Shown: one piece after another, positions 1 to 10,965 of the stretch
How positions within the stretch are numbered: position 1 is the stretch's first letter
How the letters are laid out: each line of letters begins with the position of its first letter
From: Macrostomum hystrix
Taxonomy: Eukaryota; Animalia; Platyhelminthes
Direction: 5' to 3'
Length of the DNA stretch: 64,000 nt
NCBI GenBank assembly: GCA_950097015.1
Contig: CATNEN010000011.1
Span: 4,402,001 to 4,466,000 of the forward strand
The notes under the pieces: model-generated
What the model was told of the DNA's origin: nothing
The model's database searches: none
What the model saw: the letters and a program-made list of their open reading frames with translations, nothing else
Position numbers and translations under genes: made by a program

Positions 1-284
1 CCCGAAACGTCAGCAGATGCATCTTCATAACCATCAAAGCAGATAGGGCTGCTTACTCTCGGAACATGTGCACATTGCGCAGCTTCAGTCTGAAGTCCTT
101 CTTGAAACTGTTCTAGTGTCAAGGGCACTTGAAAATCTTCATTTGGCCCAGAAGCAGGGTGGACAAACAGTTTGTCCTCTTCACTAGAGCTTGACAATGA
201 TGCGTCTCGCTTGCAACGCTTTGATTTTCTGGCGATAGAATATGTGTGCCTTGTGCCACGAAGGGATTGCTTTTTCTTCCGCGG
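1..284 (-). CDS. Probable first coding exon (N-terminus) of an EnSpm/CMC-like transposase, running off the window start
   Basis: Open frame after a TTTTCAG acceptor (AG at 286-285): PRKKKQSLRGTRHTYSIARKSKRCKRDASLSSSSEED...RVSSPICFDG. The basic, then Ser/acidic N-terminus resembles that of the transposase starting at 56047 (MPKRLVNKTRRYKKHK...SSSSEQ...NTSSPIPFD). No catalytic motif lies inside the window. Confidence 0.45.
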
Positions 285-1907
285 CTGAAAAAAGAAGGGA
301 GATATTTAAAGTTTGATTTATTAATACATAATACATTCATGATTTCCCCAGGATGTGCATAGTAATGCAAATGCATAGCATTTACCTGACATAAAATTTT
401 TTATTAGCACATAGTTGTAAACCTATATGCCCATTGCCCACTTAGAAACCCAAAATCATCTTAGCATTCAATGTACCCTAAAATTTTAATATACAATTTT
501 AATTAAAACCTCTATCTGTTACTTGCCTAAACCCTATATGTAAGCAACTTACAATCTGCATGCCCAGCAGCCCTGCAATAAAATGTTATGCACTTATAAT
601 TTTGAGATTAAATGTGCTTCTAAATGTAAAGCTTATTGTAGTCAACTGATAAGCATACAAGGCATATTATTATACCCCTCTAAAGTTAAAGATTAGTACT
701 AACTACATTTGACTCAAACGTATAAACATGGAATAGGCTACTCTATCATCATTGCATATGAAATAAGTAGTCAAAAGCAACTGCTTATATATGACAAGCA
801 TAGAAGAATTGAAATTGTCATTACAAAGGGCTGTACGATTTACACTCTGTAATGAGAAAAACAAAAAAGCAAAGGACACAAAAAAGCAACATACATTAGA
901 AAAGCTGAATTATTGAAAATGAAATGCTTTATTCCTACATACAAAACAAAGTTAATTAATCAAGCTTTATTAAAGAGTACACATTCTGCATGAATGCACT
1001 TTATATTGACATTTTTGTGAGAAACAAGGTTGAATTAAAAATACTATTACATTAATGCAAATTTTAAATGAGCAAAGAACTTAGTAAAATGGTCATGAGA
1101 GGATGTCAAGAGGCTATAGCTATTGCATTGAAGAGTATAATTGAAAAGTAAATTTGAAACACATTTCATAGATTCTATATATTAGATGGCACTTATTAGA
1201 AGTCAATGACATTTTTTATTTTAAAGTGCTTTAAAATAATGATTTTATTGAAAATTGATATTTTGCATTGCAGTTTCGCTATGGATATAAGACAAAAGCA
1301 TAGTTGCAACTTTTAAATTGAAAAAAATGAATAGCGCAAGTTCTATTGAAAACAAAATAGCATAAAAACTGCTGCACATGGCAGCATGTGGTAAACCATT
1401 CCAACAAGCACTTAACTTGAAGAGCATTGCAAATAAAAATGGAAAAGTGAATAAAAATGTACTTGTTTAGCAAATGTGCACAATATGCACTAAATTGAAA
1501 AAAACTTGTAAGTCATCATGAAATATTTCTTATTAGGGATTTCACATGTTTTAAATGTCAAATAAAATTTTAAAAGACAATTTGGCAAGCACTAAATATA
1601 AAACCCACAATAATCTATAGACAAACCCAATCCCTACAACTAAGCATATGTAAATATGCACAGCAATATAGATTGAGTCTATCATATTGCTATTATGGTA
1701 TACATTTTTATAATAGACCAGAGCCTAGTGCAACAAAACATGCTCCAATATCAAGTCTGTGCACTTCATAAAATGTTATAATGTTATAATGAAAAATGTT
1801 ATAATTCAAAGACAGCTTCAAGTATGATAAAACATTTTATATAGGCCATAGTGATTAAAAGTCTTGAAGAATCAGCAGTTGTTGAAAATGTAGACAATGC
1901 TAGACAA

Positions 1908-2957
1908 TTAGCCAATGCTTGGAATTTGGAAGTCATCCTTCCTAGAACGAATTCCTCGTCGTAGATCATTGCCAAGCTGGTTTATAGCATCCCGAGCAGC
2001 AACAATAGCAACTTCATCATTGAAGCGAAGCCTGCAGGCTTGAATGACCATATTACTCCGAACTGGGCTTAGAGCTGGCCGTGAAGTTTTAGTTTGCTTG
2101 CGTGGACAAAGAAGTCCTTGCTTTAGCTCATTATCATTCCATAATTTCCTCGCAATCAGGATCCCATACTCAGAAGGTGATAGATTGTTTGGACCAATGC
2201 GAACTAAATCAATGTCTTGAAACAAAACTGGCTCAACATTTGATATCTCAGTAGTCACAGATGAGCTTGATGCAGCATGGCCCTTTCCTAGTCCAAGCCG
2301 AAGCTTTCGTAGCTCTTGAACAATCTTCTTCTGGGTTGTCTGCTGGCGTTTAACTGCCATAAGAAGTTCCTTGTTGGTTCTGTTCAGCTTTTGGAGTTCT
2401 TGAATAATACTAGATTTCTGATCATCATGTTCTATTCTAGTGGCAGATAGCTCATTACTCTCAGTGGGTTGATCATCCTCTGAGCTGCTTGACTCAGACT
2501 CAGAGCCTATAGTCATAGATGCCAGCGTATAGCCTCTAGTTAGTATACCATTATCACTGTCATTGTCAACTGCATTGTCATCAATCTGATTATTTTCCAA
2601 TGTTGAGTCATTCAATGTTGAGTCAAGAGCTCCCAGGGACCTGTTAGCTAGAGCTCCAGTTTTTTGGCGATCATCAATTCTCTTGTCCAATTTCTTCTGC
2701 AGAGCCTTAGCTTCATCTAAGGTATGAGCTGTGCCCATCACATGACCTTGAATTCCATTCTTCAATTTCAGAATAGTCTTCTTTTCTAGCTTAGTAAGAT
2801 CTGTATCACGCAAATCACCTAGCAAAGTTGAATATGATGCTAGGCATGAAAATTGTTCTTCTTCTTTAAAGTATACAATGACATATGTGATAGGAGTACT
2901 ATCTTCACTCAGTAGCCTAGATGGATTTAAAGACTTCCGTCTAGTAGAAGAAGACAT
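1908..2957 (-). CDS. Transposon accessory protein, 349 aa: N-terminal beta-rich domain, acidic linker, coiled coil, C-terminal BEN-like domain
   Basis: C-terminal SEYGILIARKLWNDNELKQG..SRPALSPVRSNMVIQAC..AINQLG matches the BEN pattern and aligns with ORFs 52228-53220 and 45557-46516. N-terminal YVIVYFKEEEQF motif is shared with the other accessory ORFs. Confidence 0.8.
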   Translation of the reverse strand: MSSSTRRKSLNPSRLLSEDSTPITYVIVYFKEEEQFSCLASYSTLLGDLRDTDLTKLEKKTILKLKNGIQGHVMGTAHTLDEAKALQKKLDKRIDDRQKTGALANRSLGALDSTLNDSTLENNQIDDNAVDNDSDNGILTRGYTLASMTIGSESESSSSEDDQPTESNELSATRIEHDDQKSSIIQELQKLNRTNKELLMAVKRQQTTQKKIVQELRKLRLGLGKGHAASSSSVTTEISNVEPVLFQDIDLVRIGPNNLSPSEYGILIARKLWNDNELKQGLLCPRKQTKTSRPALSPVRSNMVIQACRLRFNDEVAIVAARDAINQLGNDLRRGIRSRKDDFQIPSIG

Positions 2958-3364
2958 TAGACAGAAGCCACTTCACTGAAAAAATAAGAGAAAATTCAAT
3001 AAAATTGACAGTGTAAATATAGTCAAGCAAGTTGCCATTATATTTTCTCTACTTTACTTTTACTTATCTAGATATTGGTCATATTTCTTTAGTTAAGTAT
3101 ATAATAAAATAAGAGGCCTACTTTCAAAGATAAAAGTAGAGTTAAAAAATGACAATTCCAGTTGCTATCTTAACATAATATAATTTAGAAAATCAATAAT
3201 TAATTTTTTTTTGCTTGCTACTATATACCATAGGTAGTGAAAAGGCCTTATAAATGAAGAAGATTATCTCTATGTATATAATTCTAATATAGGCCTACTT
3301 TGAAACATTTTATTAATCCAATAATATAGCAAAATGGCAAATATAGGAAAATCTGAAAAAACTG

Positions 3365-3669
3365 AAATTTGTATTAAAATTATTACCAATTGTTAGCATT
3401 AATATAGTTGTAAATATGGTAGGCTCATTATGAAACAGATTAGAACACAATAAGAGTAATTTAGTTACAACATTGTATGACTTTCTGGTGTTCAATGCTA
3501 CTGTAAAGTTCAAGTTGTAATACTCTCTCTCGAACAAATTCTAGACCTAGTCATTCTAACTGAAGGCTAATATAAATCTAAAAAGCTAGGCCAAACTAGC
3601 AAATCAAAGGCTTTTATAATATGTTTGATATTTGCCAAATCACTTGTTTTCTTTAAATCTTATAAAATT
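3365..3669 (+). repeat. 305-bp direct repeat, copy 1 (flank duplication around the Gypsy element)
   Basis: AAATTTGTATT...CTTATAAAATT, repeated at 7942-8246 with no differences seen by eye. AT-rich, no TG..CA ends. Confidence 0.95.
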
Positions 3670-3859
3670 TGTGGTCTAATGTATTTGTGTAGATAGCAAA
3701 GCCCGGGGTTACCACGAAAGCTAGAGCCGCAAACACTCTTAACGCGGTCCTCGCAAACAAACAGGTAGAACGAATTGTCTATGGGATATTTAGCTGCAAC
3801 GGTCAAATACTAGTTTCTATATAATGAAAGTACAACACATATAAAAGTACAACACATCA
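3670..3859 (-). repeat. 3' LTR (190 bp) of the Gypsy element
   Basis: Minus strand reads TGATGTG...AGACCACA and is immediately preceded by polypurine tract AGGGGG (3860-3865), just downstream of the pol stop. Confidence 0.85.
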
Positions 3860-3885
3860 CCCCCTGATCTCCGGATCACAAGAGA

Positions 3886-6800
3886 TCAAGGTTCGTAACG
3901 GACCGGTGCCGACTTCACCCTATTAGACCGTCGTGGTTCGGCATCCCGCTCGACAGCTCGCTCCACCCCAGGAGGCTGCGGTTGCGTGTCTGGTGCCGGG
4001 CGGACGTCAGCTACGTGACGGGGAAGGCCATCGACCTCCACCGTAGACCCTTGTCCCTGGCCCGTCACGCGTCCCCTAGGCCACTCGTCGGTGCATCTGA
4101 CGGCCGGCGGTTTAACAAACACTTCTGTTCCCACTGGCAGGGTGGGGTTTGCCTCCAAGGTCTCCAAGGCCTCAGGGAGAGACACAGTTGGCGGCTTCCA
4201 GTCATAGGTGCTGACCATTCTGCTGGGCACGCTGTCCTTGCGAGTGCCATCCTTTGGAGCCATGTTGTACCAGAACACCATTTCCAGTACGTCCTTTCCG
4301 GTTCTGGCTGCCATCCGCTTAATCGTCCGATGATTGCGCTCGACTATTCCGTTGCCTGACGGCCGGTGAGCGCAACGGAAGAGGAGCTGCACTCCCCAAG
4401 CCTCACAAAACGCACGGACCTCAGCGGAGCGGAAGGTCGGTGAATTGTCGAGAAGCAGCTGCCAGGGAGGGCCCCGCTCTCGGAACACCTGCACGAGTAT
4501 CCCGGTAATTGACGCTGTCCGCTCGTCGGTGAGTTTTCGCCACAGCGAGAATCTGCTCGGCCCGCAGTCAACAATGGACAGATAGCGGTCGTCCTTAAAG
4601 TGGGTCACGTCGCAGGCCAAGCGCCACCAGTTTGCATCCACCTCGAGTCTGCCATGGTCCCAAACCATCGGCGCAGGGTCTACGGACTTGCATCGGATGC
4701 AGTTTGCAACGATGCGCTCAACCTCTTCACGCAGTACCTCACGTTCAGGGAAGCACAGTTTGGCCAGGTAGAGCGTCCTGTCCACCCCGAAGTGGTGCTT
4801 CTCGTGGCACGCACGGAGATCCATGTCAACGGGGCGCAGCGCCACTGCACAGAAGGGCCGCTGGCGCAGCCACTGTTGCGGTACTCGCGTCAGTGCGTCT
4901 GCCTTGTTTGCTGAAGATGGCACCAGCGATGTCAGTAGCTCGAGCTCGCACTCCGACGCCGTGTCTCGGATTAATGATAGCCGTTTCCGAACCAGAGCTT
5001 CACCGAGACCTTTGACTCGCACGGGCTTATCGCCGACAATCAAAGACTGGAGCCAGCCGTGCACGGTTGCAGAATCAGTCAACACTTCAACTTTCCTCGT
5101 GCCCCAAGCGAGGGCAAGGTTGAGACCCTTAATGACCGCCTCAAGTTCGGCAAGATTGATGTGCGCAGCGTCGTCTTGTTTTCGCAACCACGAGGCGTCC
5201 TCCACGATTACGCCACCAATTTCGATGACGGCTCCAATGGCGATGCTGCTGGCGTCGCACCAGACGCGACAGCTCGAAGTCTCGTCAACGGTCCACACCC
5301 CAGCGACAGGATCTCGTTCCTGGACCATTCCGCTGATTTCTTGGGCGATCCGCATGGCAGACTCGCTGACGATAGCGTCCCACGCGATTGTGCTGGTGAC
5401 CCGCTTCAAGTAGCTGCATGCGACACGCAGCCATGCGGCGACGGGGAAATGGCCTACTAGCTGGCCGCACCAGGAGAATAGTTGCCGTCGTGTTGCTGGA
5501 CCTTTCAACTGAGAGAGGACATTGTCTCGTTTCCAGCAAATGACCCCATCCTCTCGACGGTAGACGCGGAGGCCGAGCACGCGGCCCCCAATGAGGCTCT
5601 CAGGAGGCTTGGCTTCTAGCCCGAACCGGGCAAGCAACCCAGTTACGCGTTCATTCGGAATCTTGCTATTGTTCACAATAATGTCGTCAATGTAAGAGTC
5701 CGTGGCCTCACGCACGTCGTCTTCCATCGACAGGACTTTGTTCACAACCGCCGTCATAATTTTTGGCGCCACGTTGAGTCCGAATCCTAACCGGGTGAGA
5801 CAGTAACGGCGGCCTTTGAACCTCACTACTTGGTAGCGCCAGAGACTGGGGTCCAATCGCAGTTGTAGGTAGGCCTTCCGCAGGTCGATGATACTCGCAT
5901 TCTCACCGAGCCGCCGCCAGGCCCGGAGCTTGGCGCCGCACACGACGCTTTCGGCGGTGTGGCTTGACACGTACTGGTTCAACTCGCGATAGTCGAGTAC
6001 AGGCCGCACCTTTGCTTTGTTGGTCTGCACCACTGCCATCAGAGGGATGACGCCGTCACTGTCACCTTCGAACGGTAGCAGCCAACCTCGCTGAATCCAG
6101 TCTTTTATCTCTGACTCATACTCGCCTACCGCCTCTGGTGGGACTCGGTATTGAGCTATCGTATTTGACAGTAGTGGGGCCTCATCCAGCCACTTCCATG
6201 CCACTGTCCACTCTCCATCGATAAACTTAGCAGAGAAGTCTTTTTCCTCAAGCACCAGGCACGCCTCGGTTAAAGTATTTTTCGCAAGCCTCGCTCCTCT
6301 TGCCGGACAGCTCACAGGTGACTCGACCTCTCCTGCCGGACAGCTCACAGGTGACTCGACCTCTCCTGCCGGACAGCTCACAGGTGACTCGACCTCTCCT
6401 GCCGGACAGCTCACAGGTGACTCGACCTCTCCTGCCGGACAGCTCACAGGTGACTCGACCTCTCCTGCCGGACAGCTCACAGGTGACTCGACCTCTCCTG
6501 CCGGACAGCTCACAGGTGACTCGACCTCTCCTGCCGGACAGCTCACAGGTGACTCGACCTCTCCTGCCGGACAGCTCACAGGTGACTCGACCTCTCCTGC
6601 CGGACAGCTCACAGGTGACTCGACCTCTTCTGCCGGACAGCTCACAGGTGACTCGACCTCTCCTGCCGGACAGCTCACAGGTGACTCGACCTCTCCTGCC
6701 GGACAGCTCACAGGTGACTCGACCTCTCCTGCCGGACAGCTCACAGGTGACTCCGCCTTTGGTTTTGAGAAAGCCTTGGCTACCGCAGCAGTCTCCAGCG

Positions 6801-7209
6801 CTAATGACTGCTCTTCAATACCGAAGCGGACACTGCGGCAATCTCGCTTCACAGAGACACCGCCCAATCGGCTGATGGCATCCATCCCAAGCAGCAAATC
6901 GAACCCAGGAAGGATGTCCATAACGATACATCGCAGCACTGGTAATTGGTGGCCTCGAACAGACAAAGTAACGTCAGCCTCCCATTCACATTCTGCTGAG
7001 TCACCATTCATCATCGTGACCCTCTCGTGAACGGGACGTTTTTTAACTCCAGTAACTCGTGAAGAAACGATGGACCGCGAACAACCAGTATCTACTAAAG
7101 CAGTAACGACCAAACTATTAACATGAACACTTAACGATTGTAGGTGCGCCGGTGCACAAGGAAGCCCGTTGGCGCAAACATTCCGCGCTTCCATCACTCG
7201 TTTTTTTTT
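3886..7209 (-). CDS. pol: Gypsy Pol polyprotein (aspartic protease, RT, RNase H, integrase)
   Basis: Protease LVDTGC; RT RPVLDYRELN, DLRKAYLQ, YIDD; RNase H WCDAS, ELEA, LTDS; integrase H-H-C-C zinc motif, CDVTHF, LLDNSP, GIVERNHRTIK. Frame is open. Confidence 0.95.
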   Translation of the reverse strand, partial: KKKRVMEARNVCANGLPCAPAHLQSLSVHVNSLVVTALVDTGCSRSIVSSRVTGVKKRPVHERVTMMNGDSAECEWEADVTLSVRGHQLPVLRCIVMDILPGFDLLLGMDAISRLGGVSVKRDCRSVRFGIEEQSLALETAAVAKAFSKPKAESPVSCPAGEVESPVSCPAGEVESPVSCPAGEVESPVSCPAEEVESPVSCPAGEVESPVSCPAGEVESPVSCPAGEVESPVSCPAGEVESPVSCPAGEVESPVSCPAGEVESPVSCPAGEVESPVSCPAGEVESPVSCPAGEVESPVSCPARGARLAKNTLTEACLVLEEKDFSAKFIDGEWTVAWKWLDEAPLLSNTIAQYRVPPEAVGEYESEIKDWIQRGWLLPFEGDSDGVIPLMAVVQTNKAKVRPVLDYRELNQYVSSHTAESVVCGAKLRAWRRLGENASIIDLRKAYLQLRLDPSLWRYQVVRFKGRRYCLTRLGFGLNVAPKIMTAVVNKVLSMEDDVREATDSYIDDIIVNNSKIPNERVTGLLARFGLEAKPPESLIGGRVLGLRVYRREDGVICWKRDNVLSQLKGPATRRQLFSWCGQLVGHFPVAAWLRVACSYLKRVTSTIAWDAIVSESAMRIAQEISGMVQERDPVAGVWTVDETSSCRVWCDASSIAIGAVIEIGGVIVEDASWLRKQDDAAHINLAELEAVIKGLNLALAWGTRKVEVLTDSATVHGWLQSLIVGDKPVRVKGLGEALVRKRLSLIRDTASECELELLTSLVPSSANKADALTRVPQQWLRQRPFCAVALRPVDMDLRACHEKHHFGVDRTLYLAKLCFPEREVLREEVERIVANCIRCKSVDPAPMVWDHGRLEVDANWWRLACDVTHFKDDRYLSIVDCGPSRFSLWRKLTDERTASITGILVQVFRERGPPWQLLLDNSPTFRSAEVRAFCEAWGVQLLFRCAHRPSGNGIVERNHRTIKRMAARTGKDVLEMVFWYNMAPKDGTRKDSVPSRMVSTYDWKPPTVSLPEALETLEANPTLPVGTEVFVKPPAVRCTDEWPRGRVTGQGQGSTVEVDGLPRHVADVRPAPDTQPQPPGVERAVERDAEPRRSNRVKSAPVRYEP
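6301..6752 (-). repeat. In-frame 33-bp minisatellite (about 14 copies) in pol, encoding (ESPVSCPAGEV)n
   Basis: Plus-strand unit TGCCGGACAGCTCACAGGTGACTCGACCTCTCC starts every 33 bp from 6301 to 6730. Confidence 0.97.
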
Positions 7210-7906
7210 GAAAATCGGCGCGCTGCGGGCATCGAGCAGCCACATGTCCCGCTTTTCCACAAACAAAACAACCTTGATTCGCTCGGTTGCGTTCCATGCA
7301 CTCTTTGCTCACATGGCCCTCCTTGCCGCACGAGTAGCACGACATCACTTTGTTGCGTGGGGCGAACTTTCCAGCGCTTCGCGCATTTCCTGCGCTCGAG
7401 ACAACACAGCAGGACTCGCGACTGATCGTTAAGTTTCTAGCTTTCTCCGCTAGTTCATGGAGTTCGAGCTCTTTTAGAGAGCAGGAAGCGATCAGCTGCT
7501 GACTGACGGTTGCTGGAAGCCCGCGGACGAATGCGCATTTGATCCATTCTTCCCCGGGGATCTCGTCCACTAGGCGTGCAAGCCTCGTGAGATCCGCGAG
7601 AAAAACGTCCACGGACTCCCCGGGGCCGAGCCTGCGTGACACGAACTCGTCGTATGCTTTGTACTTGTTTGGGCAGAACGCTGAGGTAAGAGCCGCTTTC
7701 AGAGTTTTGTAGTCCGACTTGCTTTCCTCGTTTAGTGCCTGGTACACGGCGAACGCACCTCCAGATAGAAATAGTGGGATGAAAGCAGCCAGGTCATTCA
7801 CTTTTTGGAGCTTGGCAACGAGTTCGAGCTTCTGTGCCCAGCGCGAAAAATCCTCTTCACCGTCGTACTGCTTGATTATGTCGCTGAATTTGACTGCGCT
7901 TGCCAT
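7118..7906 (-). CDS. gag: Gypsy Gag (262 aa)
   Basis: Two zinc knuckles, CYSCGKEGHVSKEC and CFVCGKAGHVAARC; lies upstream of and overlaps pol. Confidence 0.92.
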   Translation of the reverse strand: MASAVKFSDIIKQYDGEEDFSRWAQKLELVAKLQKVNDLAAFIPLFLSGGAFAVYQALNEESKSDYKTLKAALTSAFCPNKYKAYDEFVSRRLGPGESVDVFLADLTRLARLVDEIPGEEWIKCAFVRGLPATVSQQLIASCSLKELELHELAEKARNLTISRESCCVVSSAGNARSAGKFAPRNKVMSCYSCGKEGHVSKECMERNRANQGCFVCGKAGHVAARCPQRADFQKKTSDGSAECLRQRASLCTGAPTIVKCSC

Positions 7907-7941
7907 CGTTGCGTATTGCCGCGATAGCTTGTGTTTGTATT

Positions 7942-8246
7942 AAATTTGTATTAAAATTATTACCAATTGTTAGCATTAATATAGTTGTAAATATGGTAGG
8001 CTCATTATGAAACAGATTAGAACACAATAAGAGTAATTTAGTTACAACATTGTATGACTTTCTGGTGTTCAATGCTACTGTAAAGTTCAAGTTGTAATAC
8101 TCTCTCTCGAACAAATTCTAGACCTAGTCATTCTAACTGAAGGCTAATATAAATCTAAAAAGCTAGGCCAAACTAGCAAATCAAAGGCTTTTATAATATG
8201 TTTGATATTTGCCAAATCACTTGTTTTCTTTAAATCTTATAAAATT
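7942..8246 (+). repeat. 305-bp direct repeat, copy 2
   Basis: Matches 3365-3669. Confidence 0.95.
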
Positions 8247-10965
8247 AAGTTAAGTTTCTAATTTGTTTAATTATTTTGAGTTCCACCAAAGTATAGTTAT
8301 ATAGATATATATGGGCCTAAGACTAGGCCTACTGATATTTGTGTCCACTCTTGAAACATAAAACTTTGCCCTGGCTTAGGCCTATCCAAAAGAAAGGCAA
8401 CTTCTTAGCCAATGGCCACTGTCAGACTCTATGCCATGCGATGCCCACTGCCAGGCTCTTGTGGCTCTGTCCCAGAGTGGCATGAAGGATTTAAAGTAAA
8501 AGAAAGGCCTATGCTCCTGGCCAGGGCTTCACACTGTCAATCTTACTCATCCATGAAACTGAACTGCTACTGCAGATGTGTCTGGGCATCTCGCTTCATT
8601 GAGTTTAGAATAAAAATGGATGGATTCAGTGATATTACAAAAGGCACAATGTTAGGAATAAATATTTATTTAACCTTTGTATAGGTCCTATTTAGGTCAT
8701 CTTAGCTTAACAACATATACCTTCCCAACAATCAATAATCCCGATAGAATCCAATGAATGTTATTAAGACTAAAGCAAAGGCAAGGCTAGGCAAATTGCA
8801 ATGCAGCTCGAGCGGCAGCCATTGTGGTTTTTTTAACTAACTTGGTCAAATAAATCCTAAAGTTCCTATTTAAACAAAACTTTCCAATAATGATTAGTCA
8901 GAAACGTTTGCTTTATCAGATATTGTAAATAGGAAAAAATATTTAAAGATAACACAATAATTACAGAATTTATTGATTAGAGTCATTAAAGATAATAATT
9001 ATATCGTATATTTTTTTACTGCATTCTATAAAAAAAGATAAAAAAAACTCCATTCTGGAACAAATGCATGTGAATTTCTGACACTCTTGGATTTTTAGCA
9101 TTTGAATTTCCCAGAATAATGATGTATTTTTTGGCAGATGCTGTCGACTGATCATCTTGTCAACAGATATATAGCTGATTGTAAATTCTGCATTAATTTA
9201 TCAAAATCTACAAGACTCATATTTGCAAATGTACTCAAGATGTAAGGATATTTGGATATAGTATGTATACCCAGTCCGATACCCTGATTAAATAATTGAA
9301 ATGTAACTTATTTACCCAACAAGCATTCTTCGCATTATGGGTTATGGATAGTCTTATATTTTCTTGATTATATTAGCTAACTAAGAGGTCTATGACAAAA
9401 TATATTCGTAAACTAGTATAAGTGCCTAGTAAGAATTTACTATGAATGCAAAGAAAATGATTTTGTTAATAATACCATGAATCTTACAAAGAGTTTACAA
9501 ACAAACAAAGAATTGTGTAACCTTAGTATGAATAGGCAGTCTCCCGCCCACCCTACGATTTACTGCTTCCATACTATTGGGTACTGTTTTTTCTAGACTA
9601 TTTTCGGACGGGAAATTCATTCTAGGCGGTCCGAGCTCGATATCTTTTGAAGAAAAAAAGTTATGACCATTTTCTTACTTTTTTGTAATTTTATCGACTC
9701 TGACTACAGTCAGTAGTATATAGGCTGTCGTCGGTGTCCCAATAGATTTGAGCACAGTTTATCGAGTCGGATTCGATTGGAAATCAATCTAGAAACGATT
9801 TCCTATACGACTGAGTTGGTTTCATGATTACAAATGATTTCTACTCGATCTTATTAACCTGGAAAGTCACCTAGAAAATTTGACAAAATACACAGGGGAG
9901 ATACTGTACACTGGGTGACATTCTGACGCCGCAGGCTGTCTTTTAGACTCCGGTTTTCGACGGGGATCTCTTCTACGTCTATCCCAGAGTACGGGACATG
10001 AAATCCCATCAAGATCCATCAAAATTAATGGGCATCCCGAAATCACTTTTGTCAGTGGTACCCCCATCAAAAAGACTAATCATGCCAGGCAGGGGTGTAC
10101 TGACTTTGAGCGGACCCCATTTGAGAACCGCTTTATCTAGATAGATGAGACTGAGGTCGTCTGGTAGGCCAATAAATGGCGCGTCGGATGTTGTTGATTC
10201 CGTCGATAGATCTGCATTCGTTGTCTGCTGGCAGCCGGTCTAGTAAAGGGTCATAATCTATTCATAGCGCCATCCATTAGGAGTTACCTCTGACACTCTA
10301 GACATCATTTGACAGCCTTCTGGTGGGTATTTCTAGACGATCTTGGTGTCGTTAGAAAGCTCTAGACATGCTCTATCGACGTGCGTTTGTCCGAAATCAA
10401 TGTCACATGTGGTTGGCATTTTTCATTGGTTCCTAGTGACTTTGCGAAAGTGGCTAGTCAAACTCATAGACCCCCAACAACCGAATTGGGTCGGATAAAT
10501 TACTTAAAAATAATTGAAGTACACCTATTCCGATGATGTATTTCGAAATACATCGGAATAAATGAATTATCTTACCGACATTACGATAGGCTGAAAACGG
10601 ACCTAGGCAAAGTTGAAGGATTTTAATGATTACGTTCATTCCTTCATTTGTATATTATTGGCAAAATCATGACATTGGCAAAATTATTAATTGAGCATAC
10701 CACATCCTTAACTGTTTAGAATATTATATTATATTATATATTATATATTATATTATATTAGCACACACACTTTCATCAATATTTTTATCGATATTGTCAA
10801 ACTTAGAATTCCATCTGATCTACTATCAGTAGGATGATAAGCATGACGCGGTAAGAAATATATATATTGCCATTGCAACATCGAGTCAACATTGTATTAG
10901 TAAATAAACTTAGTACAACAACATAAAAGCAATGAAGACAACATTGCAAACACATGATTTGGCGC

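Larger units (their letters stand above)
3670..7933 (-). mobile_element. Ty3/Gypsy LTR retrotransposon lacking its 5' LTR and PBS
   Basis: gag with two CCHC knuckles; pol in PR-RT-RNaseH-IN order; PPT followed by a TG..CA LTR at the 3' end. Only about 27 bp lie upstream of the gag ATG before the duplicated flank. Confidence 0.93.

Noticed and set aside
3700-3730. Hammerhead ribozyme in the LTR (CGAAA motif)
   Set aside because: No CUGANGA core or matching stems.
3982-7943. Numerous overlapping or antisense ORFs within the Gypsy element
   Set aside because: Shadow frames of GC-rich coding sequence and of the 33-bp repeat; no motifs.
3365-8246. 305-bp direct repeats as the Gypsy LTRs
   Set aside because: They lack TG..CA ends. 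The true LTR is defined by the PPT at 3670-3859, and the repeats resemble AT-rich flank.
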